Of a stretch of DNA of 64,000 bases, positions 25,210-37,331 are shown one piece after another (the first letter of the stretch is position 1; each line of letters starts with the position of its first letter). The notes under the pieces were generated by a model. That model made no database searches and was not told the origin of the DNA. It was given only the letters and a program-made list of their open reading frames with translations. Position numbers and translations under genes: made by a program. The stretch comes from Pseudovirgaria hyperparasitica (lineage: Eukaryota), in assembly GCA_010093815.1 (NCBI GenBank), contig ML996576.1. The stretch is one strand, 5' to 3'.

Positions 25210-26422
25210 GGTGGGAGCTTGAGGGGATCTGAACCAGGAAGTCGTAGATAGTAAGGTCGTGAAGAAATGCGGAGGATCGACGGCCAGGATTGAACCTTTG
25301 AACGGGCTCAGGGAAGGGTTTTTATAAAGTGCATTGCAAGCCTTAGAGATTCCCTGTGCGCCATCCCGCACGTCTACCTCATTTTGCGTTTTGCTTGCAT
25401 ATGGGAATTGGGGCCGAGGTTTGCGATTGAGGATAAGTGGTAGGTGCCAATAGCGGCGTGTAGTGACAGGCGCTAGAGGTGCAGTAGTTCGATGGCCATA
25501 GTGGACTGTTGCTAATCGTCGATCAATGTGAGCCAGTAAATTTGTTCAGTTTGTATGCAGGCTCAATCTGAAGGCTTGAAGTCATGAGGACGATGTCTCG
25601 CAGATACATCCAAAGATAGTAATTGTCAATGCATGCATTATCGCATGGCGTCATGCTTTAATCGAACGAAATGGTAGTACTCCCAGATGGCACGTCAAAC
25701 GACCTTTCTATTCACTGAATCTGCGGAGTTCACAAGTGCCATCCATGTCTCTAGTTAGCGCCGACTGCTCCTATACTTATAGCCAGCTATAGGATACCAG
25801 AGCTAATATAGTAATGTATAGTATCCATATGCTACAGAAAGCTATCTACTTTCTGGAATGAGTTCAATCGATTGAACATCTTCATTTTAACTATACGCAT
25901 TATTAGAATTCGATATAACAACCAATGTACTCCAAAGTCATAACTTTAATATATCCGAATATATATCCAAACATACCATCATCCGTCTGACACTAAAACA
26001 GCCCATTTATTACACCACTTCGTCGGACCATAAGCGTTTCAAGATTATTACCTTCCTAGTACATATATTTAATGCCACCATATCGAAACCTAGGTACACT
26101 ATTATTCACACGCATCTTCGAAACAAATAAAGCGAACTATAAGAGACACAATTTATTCTATGAGTTAGTATCTCTACAATTTAGAGTCTCGAGTTACATA
26201 TCAATAGTCTAGACATACTAGGTCTGCATCTAGGCTTTCATGGTAAAGGTAATCTAAAAGACAGACAGTTAATCTACGATCGTACATCAGATACCATTCA
26301 CCTCACTTCATCATGCAGTAGTTGGAACAAATGAGAGTCAAATTAGATCTATCCGAGCGATATCTACACATTGCATCATACAGCTATATATACATACACA
26401 CCCGACATCTCCAATCATCCTC

Positions 26423-28177
26423 CTACCTCATCCCCCTTCTCCTCCCTCGCCTCACATTCCTCTCCCCAGCCGCCACAGTAACAGTAACAACCTCCTGCAC
26501 CGTCCTCCACACCGTGCCGTCCGCACCACATGCCTGCGCCTCAATGGTGGGCACTGGCGTACGACGCCCGGGAATAACGGTTAGGGTGACGAGTTCGGTG
26601 GTTGTGATTGTGACAGCAGCGACGGCATCGCATTCGCGCTGGTACTGGTACTGGGCTAGGTTGGCCTTTTCGACGGGTGGTATGATTACGGTAGGTTGGA
26701 CAGGGGGTATGGGAGATGGGAGGACGGGAACTGGAGGGATGGCTTCAGGACCGGGGGCCGGGACCGGATTGATTGTGGAGGGGATGGGAATGACGGGGAG
26801 AGCGGAGGGATCGGGGATGATGGGGTCGAGAGCGGAGGGTTGAGGTGCCGGGACGGGTATGTCGATGGCGGCGGAGGACGGAGTTTCAATGGGCAGAGAC
26901 GGCATGTCGACGACGGAGGATGGAGTTTCTACGGGCGGAGACGGCATGTCGACAACAGCAGATGTAGGAACGGCTCCACTCTCGACGACAGAGGTAGGCT
27001 CAGGAGACATGACGACGACCGATGGGGGAGGAGGAGGATCCGAGGCGGTAGGAGCAGGGACTGCATTGCAGGCTTCGCCGACAGGCATGGTAGCATCGGC
27101 TGGACCGCTTTGAATAGGATTGCAGCCAGGCAGTTTCTCAAGTACCGCGCCGTCGTCGCCAGGGACGGCGATTGCCTTGGGAGCGCAGTTGAGGTAGTCG
27201 TCTTTGTTGGTGTTGATGCCCATTGCGCCGAAGCACGAGTCTCGCTGGAACTTCTGGTCGTCGCAGCCGCAGCCGCAGTCACAGTAGCTGCTGCTAGCAT
27301 TCGCTGTGCCCATGGCCTTGGCGAGCACGCCTGGCTGCCAGCCGTTGATGAAGTCGGCGTGGAAGCTGTATCCGGTCGGATCGCCGTTGGACAGGACCCA
27401 GGGGCTGTCGGTGGCGGAGTAGTGGCCGTCGAACGAGGAGATGTTGTACCAAAATTCGATGAAGATTTCAGGGAAACGCTTGACCTGGAAGCCAGGGGGG
27501 CATACATCGATGCCAGTGCCGGAGCCAATGGCATAGGACATGTGGGCATGCGGGTTGTTGGGATCTAGGGGACTGCCGTTCCAGCAGGTAGGGAAGTGAA
27601 TTTCGCCGGTGAAGCCTTCCGAGCAGGAGGTGAAGCCTGTAGGAAAGCCCGGGCGATCAATCCGTTTCTTACCAGGAGGTCCAAGACAGGCCCAATTGAC
27701 GGCTGGATTAGGTTTCGTACGTGCTACGCCGGGCTCACGACGGAGCATGGCGTTACCAGCAATCATCATGAAGCCCTCGGGGAATTCAGAGACGCCAGCA
27801 AATTTACGGTCGTCGTCGCCGAATTTGTAGTAGATCTTGGAGAACATCTCCGGGACGCGATAGAAGCCAGTGTTGTTGCCGTTCCAGAAGAGGGTCGGGC
27901 GCCAGTAGTTGGACAAGTCGGGACGGATCTTGTTCGTCGTGCAGGTGGATTCTTGGGTAACGTTGTAGTCCATCGAGGCAGCGAGCGCATTTCCTCCGTC
28001 AAAGGAGTGGAGGTGGCTGGACTTAGTGCCGGGACTCAAGGCAGGATCGATTTGCTGGTACGAGAGGGCGTTCCCATCCCGGTTGTAGAAGGCGAAGTAG
28101 CGGCCATTGCAGGTGAAGCCCGCGTTGCAGGTGATGGCAAGAGCAGCGATCAGAGTCGCTTTGAAAGAGCGGCGCAT
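26423..28177 (-). CDS. Secreted DUF1996-domain protein with Pro-rich tail
   Basis: Signal peptide plus motifs IDPALSPG..SSHLHSFDGGN, CTT....DLSNYWRPTL, FPEGFMMIAGN, FPTCWNG and GDPTGYSFHADFINGW. Confidence 0.9.
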   Translation of the reverse strand: MRRSFKATLIAALAITCNAGFTCNGRYFAFYNRDGNALSYQQIDPALSPGTKSSHLHSFDGGNALAASMDYNVTQESTCTTNKIRPDLSNYWRPTLFWNGNNTGFYRVPEMFSKIYYKFGDDDRKFAGVSEFPEGFMMIAGNAMLRREPGVARTKPNPAVNWACLGPPGKKRIDRPGFPTGFTSCSEGFTGEIHFPTCWNGSPLDPNNPHAHMSYAIGSGTGIDVCPPGFQVKRFPEIFIEFWYNISSFDGHYSATDSPWVLSNGDPTGYSFHADFINGWQPGVLAKAMGTANASSSYCDCGCGCDDQKFQRDSCFGAMGINTNKDDYLNCAPKAIAVPGDDGAVLEKLPGCNPIQSGPADATMPVGEACNAVPAPTASDPPPPPSVVVMSPEPTSVVESGAVPTSAVVDMPSPPVETPSSVVDMPSLPIETPSSAAIDIPVPAPQPSALDPIIPDPSALPVIPIPSTINPVPAPGPEAIPPVPVLPSPIPPVQPTVIIPPVEKANLAQYQYQRECDAVAAVTITTTELVTLTVIPGRRTPVPTIEAQACGADGTVWRTVQEVVTVTVAAGERNVRRGRRRGMR

Positions 28178-31100
28178 GGTCGATGATATGTATCACGATG
28201 TCGATCTATTTAGGATGTGGTATCAAGTATGGTACGCAGAAGCGAGAGAATATCCTTGACAGGTGGCTGGCACTTGGAAGAATGGTATGTTGCAAGAAGC
28301 CTTGTAGTCGCAGACTGTGGACAAAGGGACGGTAAAGGATTGAAGAGCTAACGAGAGATGGAAGGCAAGCCTTGGAGATGCACAATGCGCGCTAGTAAGA
28401 AAGACTGGTAACAATGATGGACAGTGAAGAAAGAGAAAGAAGAATGGAAAAGATGGGGGAACATGTTAGCTATATAGCGGTTTGTATAAATAAGTCGGTA
28501 GAGCAGACCGTGGAACGCGAGACAACCGGGAGTGGCAGGATGCTGTTTCCATGGGACAACGCCACAAGATGCAGGGCAGCAGCAGAGAAAAAAAATCGAC
28601 ATCGGGAGCGGCTGCAGAAGGATGTTCTCGCTCAATTACTACAGTTTAAAGGCGAAGAAACAAGGAGATGTAAGAAATGATAATGGAAAAGACGAGGCCA
28701 GGAATCGATGGACGTTTCAAGCATCTGCAAGTCAGCGGCCGACTAGTCCGCTTCCGGACTAAACACAGGCTACGTGCCGACTTGGCAGGAGATACAGCCA
28801 ATCACAAGTGTCGGAAAGGCGAATATAGATGGCGGATTAATCTGATTCGTCTACAGTGGTTATGTTTTAATGGTAATATTTTACCGCGCGGTTTCTGTTT
28901 GCCCTCTCTAATCATCTCTTCCATACCTATATGCCCTAAGAAAGATGATGGTGATGATACAAACGAGTAGAGTGCTAACAGTACGGCACGATACACTACT
29001 CAACAATAAAATGAACAAGGAGTGATACCCCAGCACCGCAGTTGTGTTGGTGGTCGCAGCCCCATGGATCCTGAGTCGGTTTAGGCTTCTGGCGGGATCT
29101 GCGCGACCCACGGCCCATCCCCCGCGAGTCCCCGAACCAGCGGCAACTAATTAATCTCCCCTATCGATTGCTTCCCCTTCACTTTTAATTCACTTCACTT
29201 TATTTCACTTGCCGCCCCGTTCCCTCCGTGTCGAAATGCCTGCAAGGATCGCTTGTTTCCAAACATGCCACGCCTCCAGAGTTTCAAGTTGCCTACATAT
29301 CTAATCATATCATAGAACACAGTACACCAAGGCAGCCACATGGGCCTTGGCCAATCTCCTCGATTCATCCCTGTGTGCTTGCCTGCCTTGAGAGACCCAC
29401 TAAGCACGATTCATTCATGTTTCTTGCTTGGACTGCTAATGAATCAAGAAGAAAAACCACTCTATCCTAACTTCTCACTCGTCCATACCCTTTTATATTT
29501 CACTGTCTCTATTATGTTATATTGCAATATTTATCATTTTATACACTAGTATCAAAATAACTCTTTTTCCATATCTGCATACACGCACATTTCTTCTAGC
29601 AGCCTTGCAGCTTACTGTGTATCTCAACAATGAATTCTCGCTGCGGACGCTCAAACCTGGTCTGACTCGCACAAGCACTCGGGGGCGCTATTCCCAAACA
29701 TGCCACCGCATCATGTCCCTCCAGCGCTCCAACCTCGACAAGTCGTCTCGCACCTTAATGCCGCTGCCTGATGTTGACAGTCCTTTGAAAATACTTACTT
29801 TGATACTTACTTGATACTTAGTATCACATCGCCGCAACGTCCAAAGAAGCGCATACAGCGATAGTTACTACAGGTCTAGCCACTACTATCACCATCCCAC
29901 AACGTCGCACCGCAGTGTACAATCACAGGTCCCCTGTTACCATCACCTCATGCGAGCCTCACTCGACACATGAATACCCACCATCACAGCCATTCCACTC
30001 AACTCCTCAAACAACTATTCCCACCGACACCACAAAGCACAGACCTCTTGACAGAAACGGCAAGTACACTAACCATCCCTCGTCGAACGTCGTGGGCGTT
30101 TGCGGAGATTTACATTGTGGCTCTTGCGCGTGCACTGACCATTCTCCATTCTCCATTCTCCGATGACGTGCAGAAGAAACGTGGACAAAGCCCACAGACT
30201 CATCTATGTAAGTCTAATTTTGCACTAAATATATCTAGGAAGCTTATATACATATAGTACGTTCCGTGATGCTGATGTATGCGACGCGTTGTACTATTGC
30301 ATATCAAGCCACATGAGGCCTCCAGGGATCATCCATATCGTGAGGAATCCATCGCGCTAGGGCCGTGCTGTAGCCCCTGCGTCCATCGTGCGTCGTTGGT
30401 AAATACAGATCGCGATATATCACTCGAGTTGCATGTTCCTCATGAGGAGTCCGTGGTTACATAAATGCACTTTAGCGACTGTGACTCGACATTGCAAATC
30501 CACGGCGCAATGGAAGATGTGATACGCTCGAGACAGGTAAGAAATTGAGAGTTGTCGCCCTAGACCGTGTTTTGGAGCATTCAAAGTCATCAGAGGTCTT
30601 GCAGCGAGTTTGTACATATTCAACTGCTAGCTCGAGTACAATGGTGTTCTAGACAGACCTCGGTCTAACACTGTGTAGGATATGCCGCGTCGCGGAGTAG
30701 AGCCAGATAATAATTCCTTCATGGAACCTAAAAGGTGTCACAGTCTCTTAGAAAATATTGAAGCCATCGATCAATTCTGTCACTCCAAGATCTCTTTTAG
30801 TCGATGATTCAGACATTGAATAATATATTTTCGATTTTTTCGTATACGAGTTAACACAGGGAATGCCTGAGGTTTTGATATGATCCGCAGGGCCTGTGTA
30901 TGAAGATCTAACAGCACTGTCTGACTCTAGCAGATTTCAATTACATCGGGCATACCTTTACTTTCATACAGTAACGCGAATACATGATAACTGACGCTAT
31001 ATCTTTGAATCAGCTCTTAGGCTCAGAAGCGGACTATAGTGACAATTGAGTACATAATTATAGAGTAACGTGGCAGCTTACGGGCATCAAGGGTCTGTAT

Positions 31101-31340
31101 TTGACCATTCACTCATGTTGCATGTACATACACATTACATACCGCCTTCAGGGGTAGATCTAAGTGAGCGGTGTATTGACGTAAGTGTGTCTTTCAACAA
31201 GTAATATCGAACATATACTCGGCGCCACTGCACTTCCAACTCTTTCCCCTATCATAACTATATCATTGAAACAAGGACATCGAGTCCACCTACCATGTAA
31301 CCTCTCCACGAGCAAATTCGTGAAGAATCACTGCCTCACG

Positions 31341-31349
31341 TATATATAT
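31341..31349 (+). promoter_or_regulatory. Candidate TATA box of the 49-aa microprotein gene
   Basis: TATATATAT followed by a pyrimidine-rich stretch and a C/A-rich leader ending CACCGTCAAC-ATG. Confidence 0.5.
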
Positions 31350-31518
31350 CCCCTCTCGCTCCTCCAAAATACCTTCTCCTCTACAACCATATTCCACAAC
31401 AGCTTCGACAACTACCATCGACATATCCAGCAACGATCAAAGCCCTCAATCTGTCCCTCGACTACCAAAAAACAAACAAGCAAACAACAAGTCCACCAAT
31501 CACAACACCACCGTCAAC

Positions 31519-31668
31519 ATGACTTGGAAAGCCTGGCTATGCTGCAAATGCAAATGCAACACCCATTGGGAGAACAACGTGTGCAGCAACCTGAAGTGTA
31601 TGCATAAGAGGTGTGACAAGGACTGTGCGGTCGGCACGTACAATCGAAACGTAGTGAGTGGGAAATGA
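31519..31668 (+). CDS. 49-aa Cys/His-rich microprotein (putative double zinc ribbon)
   Basis: MTWKAWLCCKCKCNTHWENNVCSNLKCMHKRCDKDCAVGTYNRNVVSGK*. Good fungal start context and an upstream TATA. Falls below the ORF-track length cut-off. Confidence 0.7.
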   Translation: MTWKAWLCCKCKCNTHWENNVCSNLKCMHKRCDKDCAVGTYNRNVVSGK

Positions 31669-32957
31669 GACTCGGGGAATTGGATTGGGGAAACGAGAAC
31701 AGAACGAGCTCTGTAGCTATCTAATGAGATGATGATGACATGAAATTTGTGCAAAATTGTGTGTATTTGCTTTTGTGGAAGCAGGATATTGTGATTTTCG
31801 AATTGGGATAGAGTGAGATTTGGCATGGTATGATTACTACCTGATGAACTTGAGGTGATCTCTCGTATGGTAAACAAGAGCTCAACATGCTTTATTGCCT
31901 CATTGTTAACCTAAAGCAAACCGTATACACTTCAGGACTAAGTCATCTAAGCACCAAATCTCAGCCTCCGAGTATTCCCTTTTTAGGTAATATGTTTCAG
32001 CCTAGCTTCACAATGACTGGCATGCACTGTGCGCTTCCCAAACACTACGCTTATAGCAGATCCTGCAAACTCCATTCTCATCGCGGTATTCTTCTGTCAC
32101 ACATCTTCGATCACAGATGGTCTTATGTGACCAGTAAGATGGAACTATGATGCGATCGACACAATCTCTTCATCATGGTCTCTTTCTTTGGCTGACAGGG
32201 ACGACTACTCCGTACAACTTGTTTATGAGTCAAAGCTAGGAAAAGGATGGTTGAATGCTTCTATCAAGGTGCAAGGGGTCTCTGTGTAGCCCCTTGCTTC
32301 GAACGCGCACACGCTCGCATGTAATCTAGCTTGTGCGGTACCCTTTGTCTTCTTGAACAACAAACATTCGCTTCCTTCCAAGGCTTGTCCTTGTTAATGA
32401 CTATGGCCATACCGAACGACTCAAAATACTGTCACAGACAAGTATGCCCGTAACATGCTGCATCCGTCAGACGTTCATATGACCGCATTCAGCAGACACA
32501 GTAACATAGGTAGTCCTCTTCACAACATGCAAAGCATCTTCCAGTGATACGCATATAACATACATTGAGTTGCTCCTCGCCAAAATACTACCTGCTGGCA
32601 GTGACGAGTACCAAGTCACAGAGCAGGTATACCTACACCCCCTTTTACCAATCTCCTTACACTTCAGTTCAACATTCACAACCCCTTTCCTCCTCCCAAG
32701 ACCAAGCACAGGGCACCCCAGTTGCATCTTCCAGAGCCCAAGCTCGCCTGTGAACCAGACTCCAGATATTCAACATGCTCTCCACTGCACGGGCTTCTTT
32801 GCACTTTTACATATATATACCCTTCCCTTCCTCCCAAAACTCTCCTTTCTTCCTTCCTTCTCTCCCAATCTCCCATCATCTTCCCACATCCAACCAATAA
32901 ACTCTGCCACATCACACCATATCAACCCGCAACAACCCGTCTCGCAATACAGTTACA

Positions 32958-33737
32958 ATGACACGAGCATCCTACCACGCCTCCTCCCGCGGCGGCCGCG
33001 CAGCAGACCCAAACACACGCAACACACGCAGCAACAACCGCCACACCAACAACACATACAGCGCCTTCGAAGAAGAAGGCCACCACGACCAACTCCACCC
33101 CCCTAACCCAACCTTCCGCACCCAGACAGCCACTTCTGCAAATCCCTCGTCGCACCGCACTGAAAATAACAACCCCAGTCGCAGCTCCAGAAACCCCGAC
33201 GCGCAAAACACCCATACCACCCCACACACCCAAAATACTCATACCCAACCCCATGCCCATGCTAACTCACAGCACCCTCCACCTTACCCACCCCCCCAAG
33301 CCCACGCCCCAAATCCCTGCACCCCACACAACCACACCGAACCCATCATCCAAAGCAACAACCCCATCTCCTTCGGGCGCCCCTCACACCACAACAACCG
33401 GCACGGCCAGGCCCCACCAACCGGCTACATGATCCCCATAACCCAGCTCGAATACGAGAACATGATGGGCCGTGGGATTCACGAAGACGACGACGACGGC
33501 TACGATGACCTCGATGACGAATACGACGACGACGACGGCGACGGCGATGAGGGATACGCCGAGTTTGCGATGCATGAGGCGGAGGTTCTGGGTGCGATGG
33601 GGCTTGGGCATGGGGGAAGGGCAAGAATGAGGAGGAGAGGAGGAAGAAGGGGGCCGATTGGGGAGTTTTGGGCGCCGGGGATGTATTATCCTGGGGATAG
33701 GGTGTATTATGGGGGGATGCGTGGGCGGTACCCGTGA
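32958..33737 (+). CDS. Low-complexity 259-aa protein (His/Asn/Pro-rich, acidic tract, RG-rich C-terminus)
   Basis: Single ORF with TATATATA at ~32812, a pyrimidine/CA-rich leader and ACA-ATG start context. Confidence 0.55.
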   Translation: MTRASYHASSRGGRAADPNTRNTRSNNRHTNNTYSAFEEEGHHDQLHPPNPTFRTQTATSANPSSHRTENNNPSRSSRNPDAQNTHTTPHTQNTHTQPHAHANSQHPPPYPPPQAHAPNPCTPHNHTEPIIQSNNPISFGRPSHHNNRHGQAPPTGYMIPITQLEYENMMGRGIHEDDDDGYDDLDDEYDDDDGDGDEGYAEFAMHEAEVLGAMGLGHGGRARMRRRGGRRGPIGEFWAPGMYYPGDRVYYGGMRGRYP

Positions 33738-33986
33738 TGGATTGGTTCATTCATTCATTGATTGAATGAAGACTGACTGGATCATTTCCTTCGCAACGAA
33801 GGTGAATATTCATGCTTTGCCAGTAGAGGGTTATGCTGGCTTTGAGGTCGAGTCCTAGTAGTGTTCTATGCTCGTACATCTATGATGACGAGTACCTAGT
33901 AGACTCCCCGAGACAGTGATCATTATATTCAATTAATTTCATTTCCATGTCACACAAAGGCTGCATGTGCCCATCACGCCCAAAAT

Positions 33987-35721
33987 TCACGCGATGCCGT
34001 CCTCCTTATTGAGTGCCTTACCCCATGCCTCTTCAAATTCAACAACTTTCTTCTCGAGCTCGGCCTGCTCGCCTTCGGCAGTTGGAGGCCGGCTTATGCC
34101 GAGATCCACGTAGCTGTCCTGTACACCTGTGAGGCTGGCGGCCTGCTGCACAACGTCGTGGCTGATTGCTTCAAACTCAAAGTGACTGCTGTAGACGACC
34201 GCTGCAAATGCCTCGAGGTCCTTGACTTCCTCAATCTTGGTCAGGTACTCGTTGCTGTCGCCTGCGCCAATGCTGTGCGCCTGTCTGCAGAAGACGGCGA
34301 GCGAGTTGGCAACCTTTGCTTTGGCATCCTCGGGGTTGATGATTTCTTGGATACGTGCAAGGGACGCGGAGACAGGGGGCAGTTTGTATGCGAGGTGGGC
34401 GAGTTTGTTGTCTATTAGATGGGAGAAGCCGGCGTCTAGGAGAAGCGTGAGCACATGCGTGAATGGAGGCGAGTCGATGAGATCGGATGTTTCGTCGAGA
34501 AGACGTCGTAGCGACGGGGCATCTGTGGGTCTTGTCGATGGCGAGGACTCAACCGGACCTGCCATGCCTGACTCTTGCAAGACATATCCTTCTTGGCCAG
34601 GTGAGGGCAGAAGATAAGGCAACCATTTATTCGATCTAGGCGGATTAGCGTTCAGGGTATGGCATGCACACAGGACCAACATACCGTCTCTCCTCCTCTG
34701 TAGACCCCTCGACCTTTCTTCGCACCTCAAGGGTCAATTGCGACAACTTGGCCAGTGTCAGGTCCTCTCTAGGGCTCACAGTGCTGAAAGTCTCCTTCAC
34801 AGCTGTCTGGACCTTGTTCAATATCTCACGGCATCCGCGATGGAGCAACCACCAGCTGAAGCTCAAGTATTTGCGATTGGTCTCGAAGTCATTTCCATAG
34901 GAATGTTCCATATCGTCGTCATGATTCTCGAGGTTGATGGGAGCCGCAGATGACGGAGGTGATGCGAGGGATACAACAGACGCCAGATATGTCCGACGAC
35001 CGAGGAGATTGAGCTGAATCCGGGTGAGTAAGGTAAGGAGTGACAGGGTGTAGATGAGGGTAAAGGCTCGCGTGATGGCTGTTCTCTACGTCAGTAGAAG
35101 CTCACAGGATTTGGACATATCTCTGACAGCTTATCTTCACATCATCCCATAGCTGAAGCTTGCTCTTCTTCGGCTGCGTGGACGTGGCAGTCTCAGGCGT
35201 CTCGACAGACGCGGTACTCGCTTCGATCTGGCTTGCATGGACGAAGCTCTCGCCCCCTATGCTCTTCCCTTCGCCATCGGTCTGTGTCTCGGCCGCAATG
35301 CTAGGTACGGCAGATGTGGCATCCGACTCTGTCACAGAATTCACACTCTTGGCTAAACGCTCCGCCTTCTGCCTCTGCAACTCAGCCAACGTAGCCTCGA
35401 CCGGCAGGGCCTGTAGGATATTTTCGGTCGCGGTCGGAAGGATAGCCAGCACAGTGAATGTGCAGTCCTCCTGATTCTGGCTGAAGCGTCGACGCAGACT
35501 ATCGTAACGTCAGCATGCTGCTGCACCTGGACGTGAGCGCGCCTCTGGCTGTATATATCTCACTTCTCCTTTGCTATCCTCTCGTCACTCATGCGATGCC
35601 GCGCCTCGGTGATCTTGGACAAGACATATTGCGTCGCCAGATAGCCCGCACCCAGCACACCCGCTCCGATGGCAAAGTTCGTCCGATTGCGCTTGAACCA
35701 GTTGCGCGTAGCGGATATCAT
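33987..35721 (-). CDS. PEX3: Peroxin 3
   Basis: MISATRNWFKRNRTNFAIGAGVLGAGYLA, NLRRRFSQNQEDCTFTVLA, KLQLWDDVKI, NLLGRRTY, YLSFSWWLLHRG and LLDETSDLIDSPPF. Introns 35499-35563, 35079-35127 and 34636-34684. Confidence 0.93.
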
Positions 35722-36345
35722 TGCACAGACGCAGTCATGGGATGGCCAGGGTGAGACAGAATGACGTGTAGGAAGACCTCCGACGCTAGCTAGTAAATGT
35801 ATTATCGTCAGTCGTCAGTGCAAATTGGCAGCACGTCCACGGTCGCGTGAAGCCCGAAATGGAGAAAGCAGAGACAACTCGTCGAGGAGTCTGGGATGAA
35901 GAGGTGTATTGTGTATTGAAGGAGAGAGCAAAAAGCACAAAAGGCTGGGGACGCGCAGAAGAGGCAAAGGCCGAGGCACGAAAGAAAGCTCCCTCTCCCA
36001 TGTCCGGCGCGCCACAACACGACACACCGCCACATACCGCGCCACACACACGGAACCCCCCACCCCGCGTCCGGCGGACTGACGCAGCTGATCAATCGGG
36101 CGTCGGGCGCCGCATCTTTCCCACGATTTCCGGATTCTGCCCTCCCTTCTACACCACCTTTTTTCAGTCTCTTCTCACTCCAAAGAAGTAATGTAAACAC
36201 ACATCCGTCTCCTTTTACACACAATACGCCCCCGACTTCGAGCGAGCGTCCCCCGTTCGATTCTCTCGCATGCCGTCCCCGTAACCGAGCCAGCTCCACC
36301 CCCCCCTCTCCAAAACCCCACCACGCACGCCCATACGCGCGCGCA

Positions 36346-37060
36346 ATGGAGCAAAGGCGGGCGCCGGAATACACTCTCGATGTCTTCGCGGACCCAACAT
36401 GCGTCAAGGATGTCATAAAAGGTCTGGCTTCAGAAAACCAAAAAAAATAGCGATACACACCACGTTACCCTGGCACGCATACCCTCTCTGACCAGCGCTC
36501 AACAGCACTCCTCCACACCATCTTCTTCCACCGCCTGTTCCCGCCCTTGTCGCCGTATACGCGCGACCTGCTCGACCAGACGCTGCCGTGCATCACCGAT
36601 AACAACCTCGAGACGCTGATCGACCAGCAGGCCACGTCGCTCGTGCGGGCAATCGAGTCTGGGACCACGCCGCAGCGCGGCCGCGGCCAGCTCGCCGTGC
36701 TGTTCTACGAGAAGACGCGGAAGAAGACGTACTTTAGCTACAAGGACGACAAAGTCTGCTGGGAGCAGTGGCGGCTCGACGTTACGCTGGCCACGCCTCG
36801 ATACGAGAGTGGTATGTGCATTTTTGACGCTGCTGGGCGGGCACAGATCGAGTGGGCAGCTGACGGAGACAGATGTGCCGAAAGTCCGGCGTGCTCAGGA
36901 GAAGAGCCTGCATAAGGCTGCGATGAAGATTGTCACGATTGTGAACAAGGAGAAAGATCATATTCCGCCCATCACCACGACCGAGGCCAACCCGTTCCCA
37001 TATGAGCTTGTCGTGAACCCCAAGAATGACGGCTGGGGGCAACGGATGGGAATTTTCTAG
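36346..37060 (+). CDS. ATG101: Autophagy-related protein 101 (HORMA fold, DUF1649)
   Basis: MEQRRAPEYTLDVFAD...ALLHTIFFHR, VCWEQW and KDHIPPITT..NPFPYE. Introns 36422-36505 and 36812-36872. Confidence 0.9.
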
Positions 37061-37331
37061 TCTGGTCTCAGCACAAGTCTGGTGTGCATGTAACAGGAGG
37101 GAGCATATACATCTATGAACATGGCGGAAATGTGCATCTTGCAACGAGTTTCTTTGCGATACCTGGGAATACCTGCTCAACATAAAGATAGAAACGTGCT
37201 CACGGAGGCACCTAGGATGATTGGACGGGTCACGGACGATTGGATGGATGGTATGGATTGTCGTCAGGCGTGTACAGAGAGATAGACGGCAGCAGCTAAG
37301 CATCCCAAAGCAAGACACACGCGGTCTACTA

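Noticed and set aside
29605..30464. Several short overlapping plus-strand ORFs
   Set aside because: No consistent splice model, start context or recognisable motif.
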